Below are positions 10,424 through 20,298 of a stretch of DNA of 64,000 nt, in pieces. The stretch is from assembly GCA_965116875.1 (NCBI GenBank), contig OZ220733.1, forward strand, positions 4,672,001 to 4,736,000, given 5' to 3'. The position numbers were made by a program, and so were the translations under genes. Each line of letters starts with the position of its first letter. Position 1 is the stretch's first letter. This DNA is from Candidatus Latescibacterota bacterium. Lineage in GTDB: Bacteria > Latescibacterota > UBA2968 > GCA-2709665. Under the pieces are notes generated by a model that was given only the letters and a program-made list of their open reading frames with translations, searched no databases and was not told the origin of the DNA.

Positions 10424-11491
10424 ATGAACGGTTATTGGATGGTATTCATGGCTGTTGCCCTTCTGGCCGGATGTGGCGGGCAGACCGAACAGCGTTCCGT
10501 GGATCTGACCGTCCCCGTAACGGTTCAGGCGGTGCGTCTGGACACCATGGAGGCGACGGTGGCGGCCACGGGTACGCTCCGGCCCGTCAGAGAAGCCCGT
10601 ATTCAGACCGAGGTCGAAGGAATTATCCAATATGTGGCGCGGGGCGTTGGAGGACGGCCGACGGAGGGAATGCGGGTGACCCGGAACCAGGTAATCGCCC
10701 GGCTAGTGAACAAGGAGCTTGTCGTAAACGCCCGCCTGGAGTCCCGTGATCTTGCTCGCGCCTCAGCGGAGCGTACGTTGCGCGAGCAGGAGGTACTCGT
10801 CAACCGGAAACTGGGCACGGAGAGAGACCTGGAAGAAGCGCGCCAGGCCCTTGCGGAGGCCGAATCCAACTATGAAGACGCTCTCGTTCAGATCGCCAAG
10901 ACGACGATCCGGACGCCAATCGCCGGCTTTCTGACAGGATTGGCCGATATTACCGAGGGCACGATGGTGGAGGCCCGCACGACCATTGCAACGGTGATGG
11001 ATTACCAACAGGTACTCGTCGATCTCAAAGTTCCGAACGCATATATCGCAACCGTTTCAACGGGCCAGGTCTTGCGCGTGGAGAACTACGCATTGCCCAA
11101 CCGACGGTTTCTGGGGACCGTCAGGGTGGTGGACCCGGCCATCGATCCGGCGACGCGTACGTTCCGGGTGGTGGGGGCGGTGAAAAACCCGAACCGGATG
11201 TTACGGCCGGGGATGTTCGTGAAGGCAGAGATTGTCACAGAGTCTCACGAAGACGCGGTGGTAATCCCGCGACGATTCGTCCTGACGCGCCAGAATCGCA
11301 AGGTGGTGTTCGTCGAGGAGGAGGGAAGGGCGCAGATGCGCGACGTGGAGCTGGGACTGGAGGGATCGGAACAGGTCGAGATTCTCGAAGGGCTTGAACC
11401 TGGCGAGCGCCTCATTACCAGCAACTACGAGACGCTGCGGTCCCGTACGCGCGTGCGTGTAACCGGGGAGGACGCTGCGGGGCGGCGGTGA
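10424..11491 (+). CDS. RND efflux periplasmic adaptor (membrane fusion lipoprotein)
   Basis: Lipobox LLAGC, IRTPIAG, IDPATRTF, LRPGMF, GLEPGERLI. Confidence 0.92.
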   Translation: MNGYWMVFMAVALLAGCGGQTEQRSVDLTVPVTVQAVRLDTMEATVAATGTLRPVREARIQTEVEGIIQYVARGVGGRPTEGMRVTRNQVIARLVNKELVVNARLESRDLARASAERTLREQEVLVNRKLGTERDLEEARQALAEAESNYEDALVQIAKTTIRTPIAGFLTGLADITEGTMVEARTTIATVMDYQQVLVDLKVPNAYIATVSTGQVLRVENYALPNRRFLGTVRVVDPAIDPATRTFRVVGAVKNPNRMLRPGMFVKAEIVTESHEDAVVIPRRFVLTRQNRKVVFVEEEGRAQMRDVELGLEGSEQVEILEGLEPGERLITSNYETLRSRTRVRVTGEDAAGRR

Positions 11492-11774
11492 TGAATACGC
11501 GCTGCGAACGTCCGTGGTCCTGACAGTCCATTGCCGACTCAAGAGGTACCGTCCGCGGCGAACGAAACATCGTGAGCGTTCTCGATTGGACCCCTTTGGG
11601 GCCCAGGGACTTCGTGTGGGCCTTCCGGAGGGGTTTTTTCACCCGTCGCCAGACCTCGTCTCCGGGCCGTGTCACATCTGCTCGAGGACGTTTGTTCCTT
11701 CGATCGCGGTCATACATGTAAACCACGGTTTCTGAGCCAAAGAAACCAGCGCTCATTCAAAAAGGGCCAATACG

Positions 11775-14700
11775 ATGTCATTGCCCGAATTTTCCACGAA
11801 ATATCCCGTGACGGTCGCGATGGCGACGTTGGCGGTAGCGCTCCTTGGCTGGATCTCGCTGGACCGGCTCGACGTGGATCTCTTGCCCGACCTGCGTTCT
11901 CCCGTGATCACTGTCGACCTGCGATTTCCCGGAAAGACGCCCAGGGAGATGGAGGAACGGTACGCGCAGCGCCTGGAAGGGGACATCGGTACGGTGCGGC
12001 ACGTAAAACGCGTCCATTCGGTGTCCCGCTCCGGGCAGGCCGTGGTGATCGCGGAGTTCGAGTGGGATGCGGACATGGATTTCGCGGTTCTCGACGTGCA
12101 GAAGAAAGTGGCGCGGTACGCATCGGACCCGGATATCACGAGTCTGGACGTGACGCAGGAAGACCCGCAGGCATTGCCGGTGATGCGTCTGGCTGTTTCG
12201 GGGGCGGACTGGCAGGATCCCGATGAATTGCTGGGCAGCGTGGAGACGATCATCCGGCCCAAGCTCGAAGGGTTGCCGGGGGTGGCTTCGGCTGAAATCG
12301 AAGGGGGAGCCGAAAAGGAGATCCGCGTCATACTGGATTCCTATCTCCTGCAAGCATTCGGCGTGAATTCCGCGACGGTGGTCTCGCGGATTCGTGAAGC
12401 GAATTCGGATGTCTCCGGAGGAACGTTGAAGGACGGGCAGCAATCCTACCTGGTGAAGGGCCTGGGAAGGCTGACCGACCTGGCGGACGTGAACAGCCTG
12501 GTTGTGGGCGAGCGCAGCGGCGGATCTTCGAACGGCGGCGAAAACGCCTCGACCGAACGCGTGCCGGTCACGGTCAGCGACGTGGGTACCGTGGCCCTCC
12601 GGTATAAGGATAGGGAAACCATCGTCCGTCTGGACGGGATGGAGTGCGTAGGGCTTTCGGTCTACAAGGAAGCCGGCGCGAACACCTCTTCAGTGGTTAA
12701 CGGGGTACTGCAGGAACTGGAGAGCCTGGAGGCCGATCTGGCCGGCATCCGGTTTACGGTGGTGGAAAACCAGGCACGCTTTGTCGAACGTGCGGTAAAC
12801 GAAGTCGAAGAGGCGGCAGTTATCGGCGCATTGCTGGCCGTGGGCGTGCTGCTTGCCGCGCTCCGGCAATGGACCGCCACGCTGGTGATCGGTCTTGCCA
12901 TTCCGATTTCCGTTCTGGCGACATTTACGCTGATGTATTTCCAGGGGTTGACGTTGAATGTGATGACCCTGGGCGGTCTCGCGCTCGGCGCCGGAATGCT
13001 GGTGGATAACGCCATCGTCGTGATTGAGAACATCTACCGGCGCCTCGAAAGCGGTGAATCAGCCGCAGAAGCCTCCGTCAGAGGCGCCGGCGAGGTCGGC
13101 GTGGCGATACTGGCGTCCACACTGACGACCGTGTCCGTGTTTCTACCCATCGTTTATCTTCACGGTCTGGCCGGCGAACTCTTCAAGGAACAGGCATGGA
13201 CGGTGGCGTTCTCACTGGTTTCGTCTCTCGCGGTGGCGATGTCGGTGGTCCCCATGATGACCGCACGGCTTTTCAGGCGGTATCCACGCAGGTCCACCGG
13301 GGTCGCCGGGGCGCGGACGTTCCGGCGTTTTCTGGACGCGTCGCTCAACCGTAAAGGCCGCACGACAGCGGTACTGGCAGCCTGCATTGCGGCCGCCTTC
13401 TATATGGCCGCGTCCATCCATACGTCGTTCATTCCCACGGAAGACGAGGGGGTACTCCACCTGGACCTCGCGATGCCGGAAGGCACGAGACTCGAGTCAA
13501 CAGACAGGGTGGCGAGACGCGTTGCGGCCATTTCGCAGGCGGTTGCCGGAGAGGAAGCCCGGCACATCTACCTGCGGGTGGGAACGGATCCGAACCGGTT
13601 CACGGCCGTTGGAGAGCCCACAGGCCCGAACCGGGCCGAACTGACGGTCGTCCTGGGCCCTCGGGCGGACCGCCGTGGCGTTACCGAGCTCACCGCCGCA
13701 CTGGATGCTGCCCTCCTGGACGTGCCGAATATCAAGGTGAACTATAGACTCCATAAATCTGCGTTGGAAGGACTTATACGTGGAGGCGCTGCACCGGTCC
13801 AGGTGGAAGTGAGTGGCGAGAACCTGATATTGCTTCGGGAACTGACGGCAGAACTGAAACGGCGCATGGATGCGTTGTCGACGGTATATAATGTTCGAAC
13901 CAGCTTCCAGGACGGGCAGCCCGAAGTGGACGTCGTGCTACGACCGGACGTCACCGCGGCGTTCGGCCTGACTTCACAAAACCTCGTGCGTGAACTCGAG
14001 CGCAGACTCGGCGGCGAGGAAGCCGGTGAACTGTCCAAAGACCAGCGCGAGCGAACCATCCGGGTGGGTTTCGCGGACGTGGATCTCCGTGAACTGGAAC
14101 ACGCCAGAATTGACGGCCCCGACGGGGCAATGCTCACACTGGGAGATCTCGCGGACCTTCGCGTGGTTCAGGGTCCAAGGGAAATCCTGCGTGACGGACA
14201 GCGCAGGGTGGGGAGGGTATCCGCGTTTCTGGCCGAAGGCATGGTCTTGAGCCAGGCGGCAGCGCAGATCAGGCAGGCGGTTGGGCAGATGGCCGTTCCA
14301 CATGGGTATCGTATAACGATCACCGGAGAGGAACGTGAACGGGCCGAATCATTCGGAGGCCTGCAATTCGCCCTCCTGTTGTCCGTGGTACTCGTCTACA
14401 TGGTCATGGCCTCGCTCTTCGAGTCTTTGCTGCATCCATTTACCGTAATGCTGACAGTGCCGTTGGCCGGCATCGGGGTGGTGTTCGCATTCTGGGGCCT
14501 TGGAGAGGCGTTTGGCGTGATGGCATTCATCGGAGCGATCATGCTGGGAGGCATCGCCGTGAACGACGCCATCATTCTGGTGGATCACATCAACCAGCTG
14601 CGGCGTAAAACCTCCGACGTCAGAACCGCCGTACTCCAGGGCGCGCAGGATCGGCTCCGACCGATCCTGATGACCAGCGCCACGACCATTCTGGCCCTGT

Positions 14701-14858
14701 TGCCCATGGCGGTGGGCGTGGGCGAAGGCGCACGTCTCCGGGCGCCGATGGCGGTGGCGGTCATCGGAGGACTGGTCACATCCACATTGATGACCCTGGT
14801 GGTGATTCCGGTTGTCTACGAACTGATCGAACGGCTCAGAAACAGGAGTGCGGCGTGA
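11775..14858 (+). CDS. RND (AcrB/AcrD/AcrF family) permease
   Basis: 1027 aa; GMLVDNAIVVIEN (TM4), RLRPILMT, AVIGGL. Confidence 0.95.
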   Translation: MSLPEFSTKYPVTVAMATLAVALLGWISLDRLDVDLLPDLRSPVITVDLRFPGKTPREMEERYAQRLEGDIGTVRHVKRVHSVSRSGQAVVIAEFEWDADMDFAVLDVQKKVARYASDPDITSLDVTQEDPQALPVMRLAVSGADWQDPDELLGSVETIIRPKLEGLPGVASAEIEGGAEKEIRVILDSYLLQAFGVNSATVVSRIREANSDVSGGTLKDGQQSYLVKGLGRLTDLADVNSLVVGERSGGSSNGGENASTERVPVTVSDVGTVALRYKDRETIVRLDGMECVGLSVYKEAGANTSSVVNGVLQELESLEADLAGIRFTVVENQARFVERAVNEVEEAAVIGALLAVGVLLAALRQWTATLVIGLAIPISVLATFTLMYFQGLTLNVMTLGGLALGAGMLVDNAIVVIENIYRRLESGESAAEASVRGAGEVGVAILASTLTTVSVFLPIVYLHGLAGELFKEQAWTVAFSLVSSLAVAMSVVPMMTARLFRRYPRRSTGVAGARTFRRFLDASLNRKGRTTAVLAACIAAAFYMAASIHTSFIPTEDEGVLHLDLAMPEGTRLESTDRVARRVAAISQAVAGEEARHIYLRVGTDPNRFTAVGEPTGPNRAELTVVLGPRADRRGVTELTAALDAALLDVPNIKVNYRLHKSALEGLIRGGAAPVQVEVSGENLILLRELTAELKRRMDALSTVYNVRTSFQDGQPEVDVVLRPDVTAAFGLTSQNLVRELERRLGGEEAGELSKDQRERTIRVGFADVDLRELEHARIDGPDGAMLTLGDLADLRVVQGPREILRDGQRRVGRVSAFLAEGMVLSQAAAQIRQAVGQMAVPHGYRITITGEERERAESFGGLQFALLLSVVLVYMVMASLFESLLHPFTVMLTVPLAGIGVVFAFWGLGEAFGVMAFIGAIMLGGIAVNDAIILVDHINQLRRKTSDVRTAVLQGAQDRLRPILMTSATTILALLPMAVGVGEGARLRAPMAVAVIGGLVTSTLMTLVVIPVVYELIERLRNRSAA

Positions 14859-17800
14859 TTCTCCCCGATCTTGCGGTCCGGCGGCCGGTGACGACGTCCA
14901 TGTTCTTCGCCGCATTCGCCATATTGGGCGTCGTGTCGTGGACGAGGCTTCCGATTCAACTCTTTCCCGAGCTGATCTTTCCCGAGGTGTTTGTCACGCT
15001 GACGCTGCAGGGCGCCTCTCCGGAACAGGTAGAGAGAGATCTGCTGATTCCGGTAGAAGGGGAGATCGGCAAGCTCGACGGCGTTCAGGAGATGGAATCG
15101 TTCGCGACGGCCAACCGGGGGGGAATCCGGATATCCTACGCCCCCGACGTGGATATGAAATTCGCCCTGCTTCAGCTGCAGAGCAACCTGAACAGATTGC
15201 AGCCGACATTGCCCGAGCGCACGCAGACCGATGTGCGCAGGTTCGACTCGACGGATTTCAGCAGCAGCATTATGGAGCTTCACGTGCTTGCCGACTGGGA
15301 CCTGAACTCGTTGCGTGAGTTCACGGAGGAAAAGATCCGACCCGAACTGGAGTCTGTCGACGGTGTTGTGAACGTATCTATAATGGGCGGGCGCCGCAGC
15401 GCCGTGGAAATCGTCCTTGATCCGTTTCTGCTGGAGGCGCATGGCCTTTCGGCGGGGCAGGTGCGGACGAGACTGAACAGCCATAACCGGAGGCGCGAGT
15501 ACCTGGGCCGGGTATTCGACGGGAACCGGGCCTATTCAGTGAGTATTCAGGGACAGTTCACGGACCTGCGTCAGATTCGCGACCTCGTTGTGAACGACGA
15601 CGGCACGCTCAGGCTGGGCGACGTTTCGCGGATCGCATACGGCCTTCAGGAACAGGCCGACCGGCACAGGGTCAATGGCAAACCGTCGGTCGGCGTACGA
15701 ATCCAGAAGGACGACGAAGCGAATCTGATCGAAGTGGCCGCGGCCGTGGAAGCCACCATCGGGCGGCTGAATCGGGACCTGGAAAGTGAAGGCGTGGAAC
15801 TGGGGGTGAGTTCCTCCCAGGCCGATTTGATGAACGGGGCGCTTTCCACCCTGAAACAGGCGGCCGTGGTCGGCGCCGTACTCGGACTGATCGTACTCTT
15901 TCTGTTTCTTCGTAACCTTCGCTTTGTATCGGTTCTCCTGCTGGCCATCCCGGTTTCACTCCTGATGACCTTCAATCTGATGTACCTGGGCGGACTGTCT
16001 GTCAACGTCCTGTCGCTTTGCGGTCTCGCCCTCGCGATGGGAATGCTTGCAGACAACGGCATCGTGGTGATGGAGAATATCTTCAAACACCACGAGCGAG
16101 GAAAATCGCCGGCTCGCGCTGCGCGTGACGGGGCTTCCGAAGTGGGGCGCGCCGTGGTCGCGGCAACGGCAACCACGGTAACCGCATTCCTGCCGGTTCT
16201 GTTTATCGAAAGCGATACGCGGGACCTGCTGCGCGAACTCGCGTTGTCCATGGCGTTTCCGCTCCTGGCGTCTCTGCTGGTTGCGCTTACGCTGGTTCCC
16301 GCCCTCGCCGTCCGCGCGTTGAGCCGGGAGGTCCGGCAGCCGCCGGACGTCCGCGGTCTGCTGGAACGGTACACCCTCCTGCTGAAGGCCGCCTTGCGCC
16401 ACCGCGCGTCGGTGGTCCTGGCCGTGGGTGGCGCTCTCCTGCTGACGCTCGTACTGGCTTTCTTCTACCTGCTTCAACAGCAGGTACGGAGAGAGGAGAC
16501 GCGCTTTACGGTTTACGTGAATCTGCCGGAAGGAGCCACGCTGGATGCCACGGATGAGGTGGTGAAACAGGTGGAAGCGTCCGTTCGGGAGGTGCCCGGA
16601 CTGGATCGGTTTACGACGTCGGTCCGGGAGGCCGAGGCCGACGTAACCGTCATGCTGCTCAACCGCTCCGACCGGCCCGCCGGTATCTCGATGGATGAAA
16701 TCAAGGAACGGCTGGACGAGAAACTGCAGAATGTACAGGGTGGCGTCGTCGGTTACGAACCCAGGGCGCGGGCGGGGAGGGGCGGCCGCGGGCAGGGGAT
16801 CGGGCAACGACGGAGACGCGGTTCCGGAGGCTTCGATCTGACCGGGGCCGCGCCGAACGAGCAGGTTGTGGTACGCGGATATGACTTTACGATACTGACG
16901 ATGCTTGCGAACGACGTGTCATACCGGCTCGAGGAACTCGAGGAAGTGGATGCCAACAGCGTACGCGCGGACGCCGAGCGGAGTTCGCCCGAGGTCCAGG
17001 TGATACCCGAGGCGGCCGCCCTGTTCGACCGGCGGCTCGGCGCGCAGGAGGTTCTCGCCGCAATGGGCGACACCCGATGGGACGGATTCCGCACAACCGT
17101 TCCGTTTCTGTTGCCCGACGCGACCGAGATACCCATCGAGGTACGTACGATTGAAGAGGAGGACCGCGACCGGTACGGGCTGGCCGAATTCCGTCGTTCG
17201 CGTATTCTGAATCAGGACGGCCACTATGTGCCTCTTGACGAAGTCGCGCGGGTCCGGACTGACGAGGGCAGAAGCAGCCTGCTTCGGACCGATCAGGCCC
17301 GCCGGCTCGTGGTTACCTACAGGTTTCCTTCGGAAATCCTGGATTCACAGCCCCGGTTGGAACTTGCGAGACGGGTCGTGCGAGCGACGCTGCAGGATAT
17401 GGTGCTGCCTGAGGGTTATTCTATCGAAATCATCGAGGCGCACGAGGAGATGATCTACTATTGGATGATGGCAATCGCCGCGGTACTGATCTATATGATT
17501 CTGGCGTCGCTGTTTGAATCGCTCTCCTCTCCGATCATCATCCTGTGTACGCTCCCGCCCGCCGCCATCGGCTCCTGCTGGGCGCTGATGATGTCAGGCA
17601 CGGGCCTGAGCCAGCAGGAGGGCCCCATGGCGCTCCTGGGATTCATCGTCCTGCTGGGTATTGCCGTAAATAACGGGATCATCCTGGTCGACGCGGTCGG
17701 TGTACTCAGGTCCCGGTTCGGCTACCGCCGTGAACGCGCTGTACTGACCGCGGCGAGGTCCCGCCTGCGACCCATCCTCATGACGACGGCCACGACGCTG

Positions 17801-19567
17801 CTCGGGGTTCTTCCGCTGGCGCTGGAATTCGGCGGCGATTTTGAGATCTGGCCGCCGTTTGCGATCACGGTGCTGGGAGGATTGTCGCTTTCCATGATGT
17901 CCACGCTGATCCTGATTCCGGTTGTGTATATGGGACTGGATCAGATCGGCGACTGGCTTGCCGGAATCGGGTTGGTTGGAGTCACGCTCTCACTGCTGGC
18001 CACTGCCGCGGCCGGCTATGGCGTTTACGTCCGATATGAGAGCATTTTCTGGTTGAGCCTGTCGATATTACCAATCTGGGGCGCATTTCTGGCCGCTGCG
18101 TGGATCATTCAACGGGTGTATTACGCCCGGGTCGCCGCCCGCCGCGTGTCGAGCGCCGTGCACTCCATACAACTGAGGAACCTTACCAAGATTTACGGCG
18201 CTCCCGGGCGTTTCACGAGGGAGTGGGCGCGCACGGAGCGCCGGCGAGGGCGGCTGATGAAAACGGGCCTGGAGCCGAAGGACCGCAAGGCGGTTCGCGA
18301 TGCCCTCATCTGGAAACTGCCAATGCTCGCGCTGTTGTCGTTATTCGCGACCTATTTCGAAGACGAGATCTGGATCTATCTGCACGCGTTGGCTTTGGCC
18401 TTTATGGCCTCCCACGTGGGTCGATGTTTCGGAGAACTCCGCCATTGGCATCTGCCGGCGCTGCCGGCCCGTGTCGTCCGACTGCTGCACAAAGTCGCAC
18501 TACCGCTGGCATTGGTCGCCTATGTACACTGGCGGCTGGACCTGCTTTCGATCACGCTTGCCACTTGCGGGACGTGGGCGGGGTATCGTCTGGCGCGGCG
18601 GCTCGCCGACAGGGTGCGGACGGGCGAAATCAGCCCCGATGACCTGACCGGACGTCTTGTGCGGCCGCGCCGCTGGATTTATCGATTGGCGTCGGCCCTT
18701 CCTCTCATTGGCGTTCCACGGCCGGAATTTCGAGCGCTGGCAAACGTCAACCTGGAAATCGGCAGGGGCATGTTCGGTCTGCTGGGTCCGAACGGCGCCG
18801 GAAAGACCACGTTGATGCGTATTCTCTGCCGGGTACTCGAACCCAGCTACGGGTCCATTCTGATCGACGGCCGAAACATCCTGAATAAAGGCTCGATTCA
18901 CGGACTGATCGGGTACCTGCCACAGCACTTCGGCAACTACGGCCACCTTTCCGCATACGAGTTTCTGGAGTACAGAGCGCTGCTCGAGGGCTTCAAGGAC
19001 AGGAAGATCCGCGAGACCCGGGTGATCGAATCTCTGGAGCATGTCAATCTGATCGAACGAAAAGACGATCCCATCGGTTCATTTTCAGGCGGGATGAAGC
19101 AGCGCCTTGGGATCGCGCAGACGCTCCTGCATGCCCCGCTGATCGTCGTCGTGGACGAGCCCACGGCGGGTCTGGATCCACTGGAGCGTATCCGGTTTCG
19201 CAACCTGCTCGCCAGATTGAGTCAGGATCGAATTGTCATTTTTTCCACGCATATCGTGGAAGATATCTCGGGAAGCTGCAATCGGCTGGCGGTACTGGAC
19301 CGGGGGAGATTGCTGTATACGGGAACGCCGGGGGAGATGAGAATTCTGGCGGCGGGCCGGGTGTGGGACGCGGTGGTCTCGGACGGTCGCTTTTCCGAAA
19401 TGGAAGGTGAATTGAAGCTCATCTCGCACCAGCGAACCCCCGACGGCGTCCGGATGCGTTTCCTGTCGGAGCGCGCGCCGGTCGGCATCGGCGCGCAGAG
19501 CGTGGATCCAACCCTGGAGGACGCATATCTATACCTGCTTGGAGGAGGGGAGGGACAGCCGTGCTGA
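14855..19567 (+). CDS. RND permease fused to a C-terminal ABC ATPase
   Basis: Full RND (GMLADNGIVVMEN, RLRPILMT) continuing in frame through extra TM segments into an NBD with GPNGAGKT, GYLPQ, FSGGM, VVVDE, STH. Confidence 0.9.
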   Translation: MILPDLAVRRPVTTSMFFAAFAILGVVSWTRLPIQLFPELIFPEVFVTLTLQGASPEQVERDLLIPVEGEIGKLDGVQEMESFATANRGGIRISYAPDVDMKFALLQLQSNLNRLQPTLPERTQTDVRRFDSTDFSSSIMELHVLADWDLNSLREFTEEKIRPELESVDGVVNVSIMGGRRSAVEIVLDPFLLEAHGLSAGQVRTRLNSHNRRREYLGRVFDGNRAYSVSIQGQFTDLRQIRDLVVNDDGTLRLGDVSRIAYGLQEQADRHRVNGKPSVGVRIQKDDEANLIEVAAAVEATIGRLNRDLESEGVELGVSSSQADLMNGALSTLKQAAVVGAVLGLIVLFLFLRNLRFVSVLLLAIPVSLLMTFNLMYLGGLSVNVLSLCGLALAMGMLADNGIVVMENIFKHHERGKSPARAARDGASEVGRAVVAATATTVTAFLPVLFIESDTRDLLRELALSMAFPLLASLLVALTLVPALAVRALSREVRQPPDVRGLLERYTLLLKAALRHRASVVLAVGGALLLTLVLAFFYLLQQQVRREETRFTVYVNLPEGATLDATDEVVKQVEASVREVPGLDRFTTSVREAEADVTVMLLNRSDRPAGISMDEIKERLDEKLQNVQGGVVGYEPRARAGRGGRGQGIGQRRRRGSGGFDLTGAAPNEQVVVRGYDFTILTMLANDVSYRLEELEEVDANSVRADAERSSPEVQVIPEAAALFDRRLGAQEVLAAMGDTRWDGFRTTVPFLLPDATEIPIEVRTIEEEDRDRYGLAEFRRSRILNQDGHYVPLDEVARVRTDEGRSSLLRTDQARRLVVTYRFPSEILDSQPRLELARRVVRATLQDMVLPEGYSIEIIEAHEEMIYYWMMAIAAVLIYMILASLFESLSSPIIILCTLPPAAIGSCWALMMSGTGLSQQEGPMALLGFIVLLGIAVNNGIILVDAVGVLRSRFGYRRERAVLTAARSRLRPILMTTATTLLGVLPLALEFGGDFEIWPPFAITVLGGLSLSMMSTLILIPVVYMGLDQIGDWLAGIGLVGVTLSLLATAAAGYGVYVRYESIFWLSLSILPIWGAFLAAAWIIQRVYYARVAARRVSSAVHSIQLRNLTKIYGAPGRFTREWARTERRRGRLMKTGLEPKDRKAVRDALIWKLPMLALLSLFATYFEDEIWIYLHALALAFMASHVGRCFGELRHWHLPALPARVVRLLHKVALPLALVAYVHWRLDLLSITLATCGTWAGYRLARRLADRVRTGEISPDDLTGRLVRPRRWIYRLASALPLIGVPRPEFRALANVNLEIGRGMFGLLGPNGAGKTTLMRILCRVLEPSYGSILIDGRNILNKGSIHGLIGYLPQHFGNYGHLSAYEFLEYRALLEGFKDRKIRETRVIESLEHVNLIERKDDPIGSFSGGMKQRLGIAQTLLHAPLIVVVDEPTAGLDPLERIRFRNLLARLSQDRIVIFSTHIVEDISGSCNRLAVLDRGRLLYTGTPGEMRILAAGRVWDAVVSDGRFSEMEGELKLISHQRTPDGVRMRFLSERAPVGIGAQSVDPTLEDAYLYLLGGGEGQPC

Positions 19568-20283
19568 ACTGGCGGGAACTGCTGTTGACCACGTGGCGGC
19601 TTTTTCGGCTGAGCTGCAGGATTATCTTTCACAGGAAACTGATATTCATGGCCCTGGGCATCCTTGTCTATTTTGCCGCCATGTACGCATTTGCGGTCTG
19701 GCGTCCCGACGAAGGATTCGGCGTATCGAAAGCGCTCCATGTTCTGGTTGAAATTCCCGGCATCGCACTGGCCATCTACCTGACGATGGACCTCGTGACG
19801 GGCGAACGAGACAGGAACACACTGGAGACGTTGTTCAGCACAACCTCGTCGCACTACCGGATCTGGACGATTCGAATGGTGGGGGTCTATCTGGTGCTGG
19901 CGGGAACGCTGATGGGAATGACGGTTGTCGCCTACTTTTTCTTCGCGGAACTGCCGATCCTCCGGGGCGGGTTGAACGCCTTCCTGCCGGCGTGCTTTGC
20001 CGCGGGGCTCACGTTTTACTTTTCCGTTCTCTGTCGAAGCGGAAACGCATCCGCCATGCTCGCTACGGGCGTGATGGGCCTGATGCTGGTTGTCTCACAG
20101 TCAATGCCCGACTCACCTTTCGTGCTCTTTCTGGACAGTTTCGATCCACCGGTGGGAATGGAAGACACGTTGTGGGGCGACCGGGTGTTGCTGAATCGCC
20201 TGGCGGTGGCGCTGCTGTCGGGTCTGCTGCTCTATGTCGGCCTTCGCAAGATGGAATCCAGGGAGCGGCTGGTATCTTCGTAG
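19561..20283 (+). CDS. ABC-2 type permease
   Basis: About six hydrophobic helices; GERDRNTLETLFST coupling-helix-like motif; overlaps the upstream stop. Confidence 0.75.
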   Translation: MLNWRELLLTTWRLFRLSCRIIFHRKLIFMALGILVYFAAMYAFAVWRPDEGFGVSKALHVLVEIPGIALAIYLTMDLVTGERDRNTLETLFSTTSSHYRIWTIRMVGVYLVLAGTLMGMTVVAYFFFAELPILRGGLNAFLPACFAAGLTFYFSVLCRSGNASAMLATGVMGLMLVVSQSMPDSPFVLFLDSFDPPVGMEDTLWGDRVLLNRLAVALLSGLLLYVGLRKMESRERLVSS

Positions 20284-20298
20284 GGGTGGTTGTCCTTC

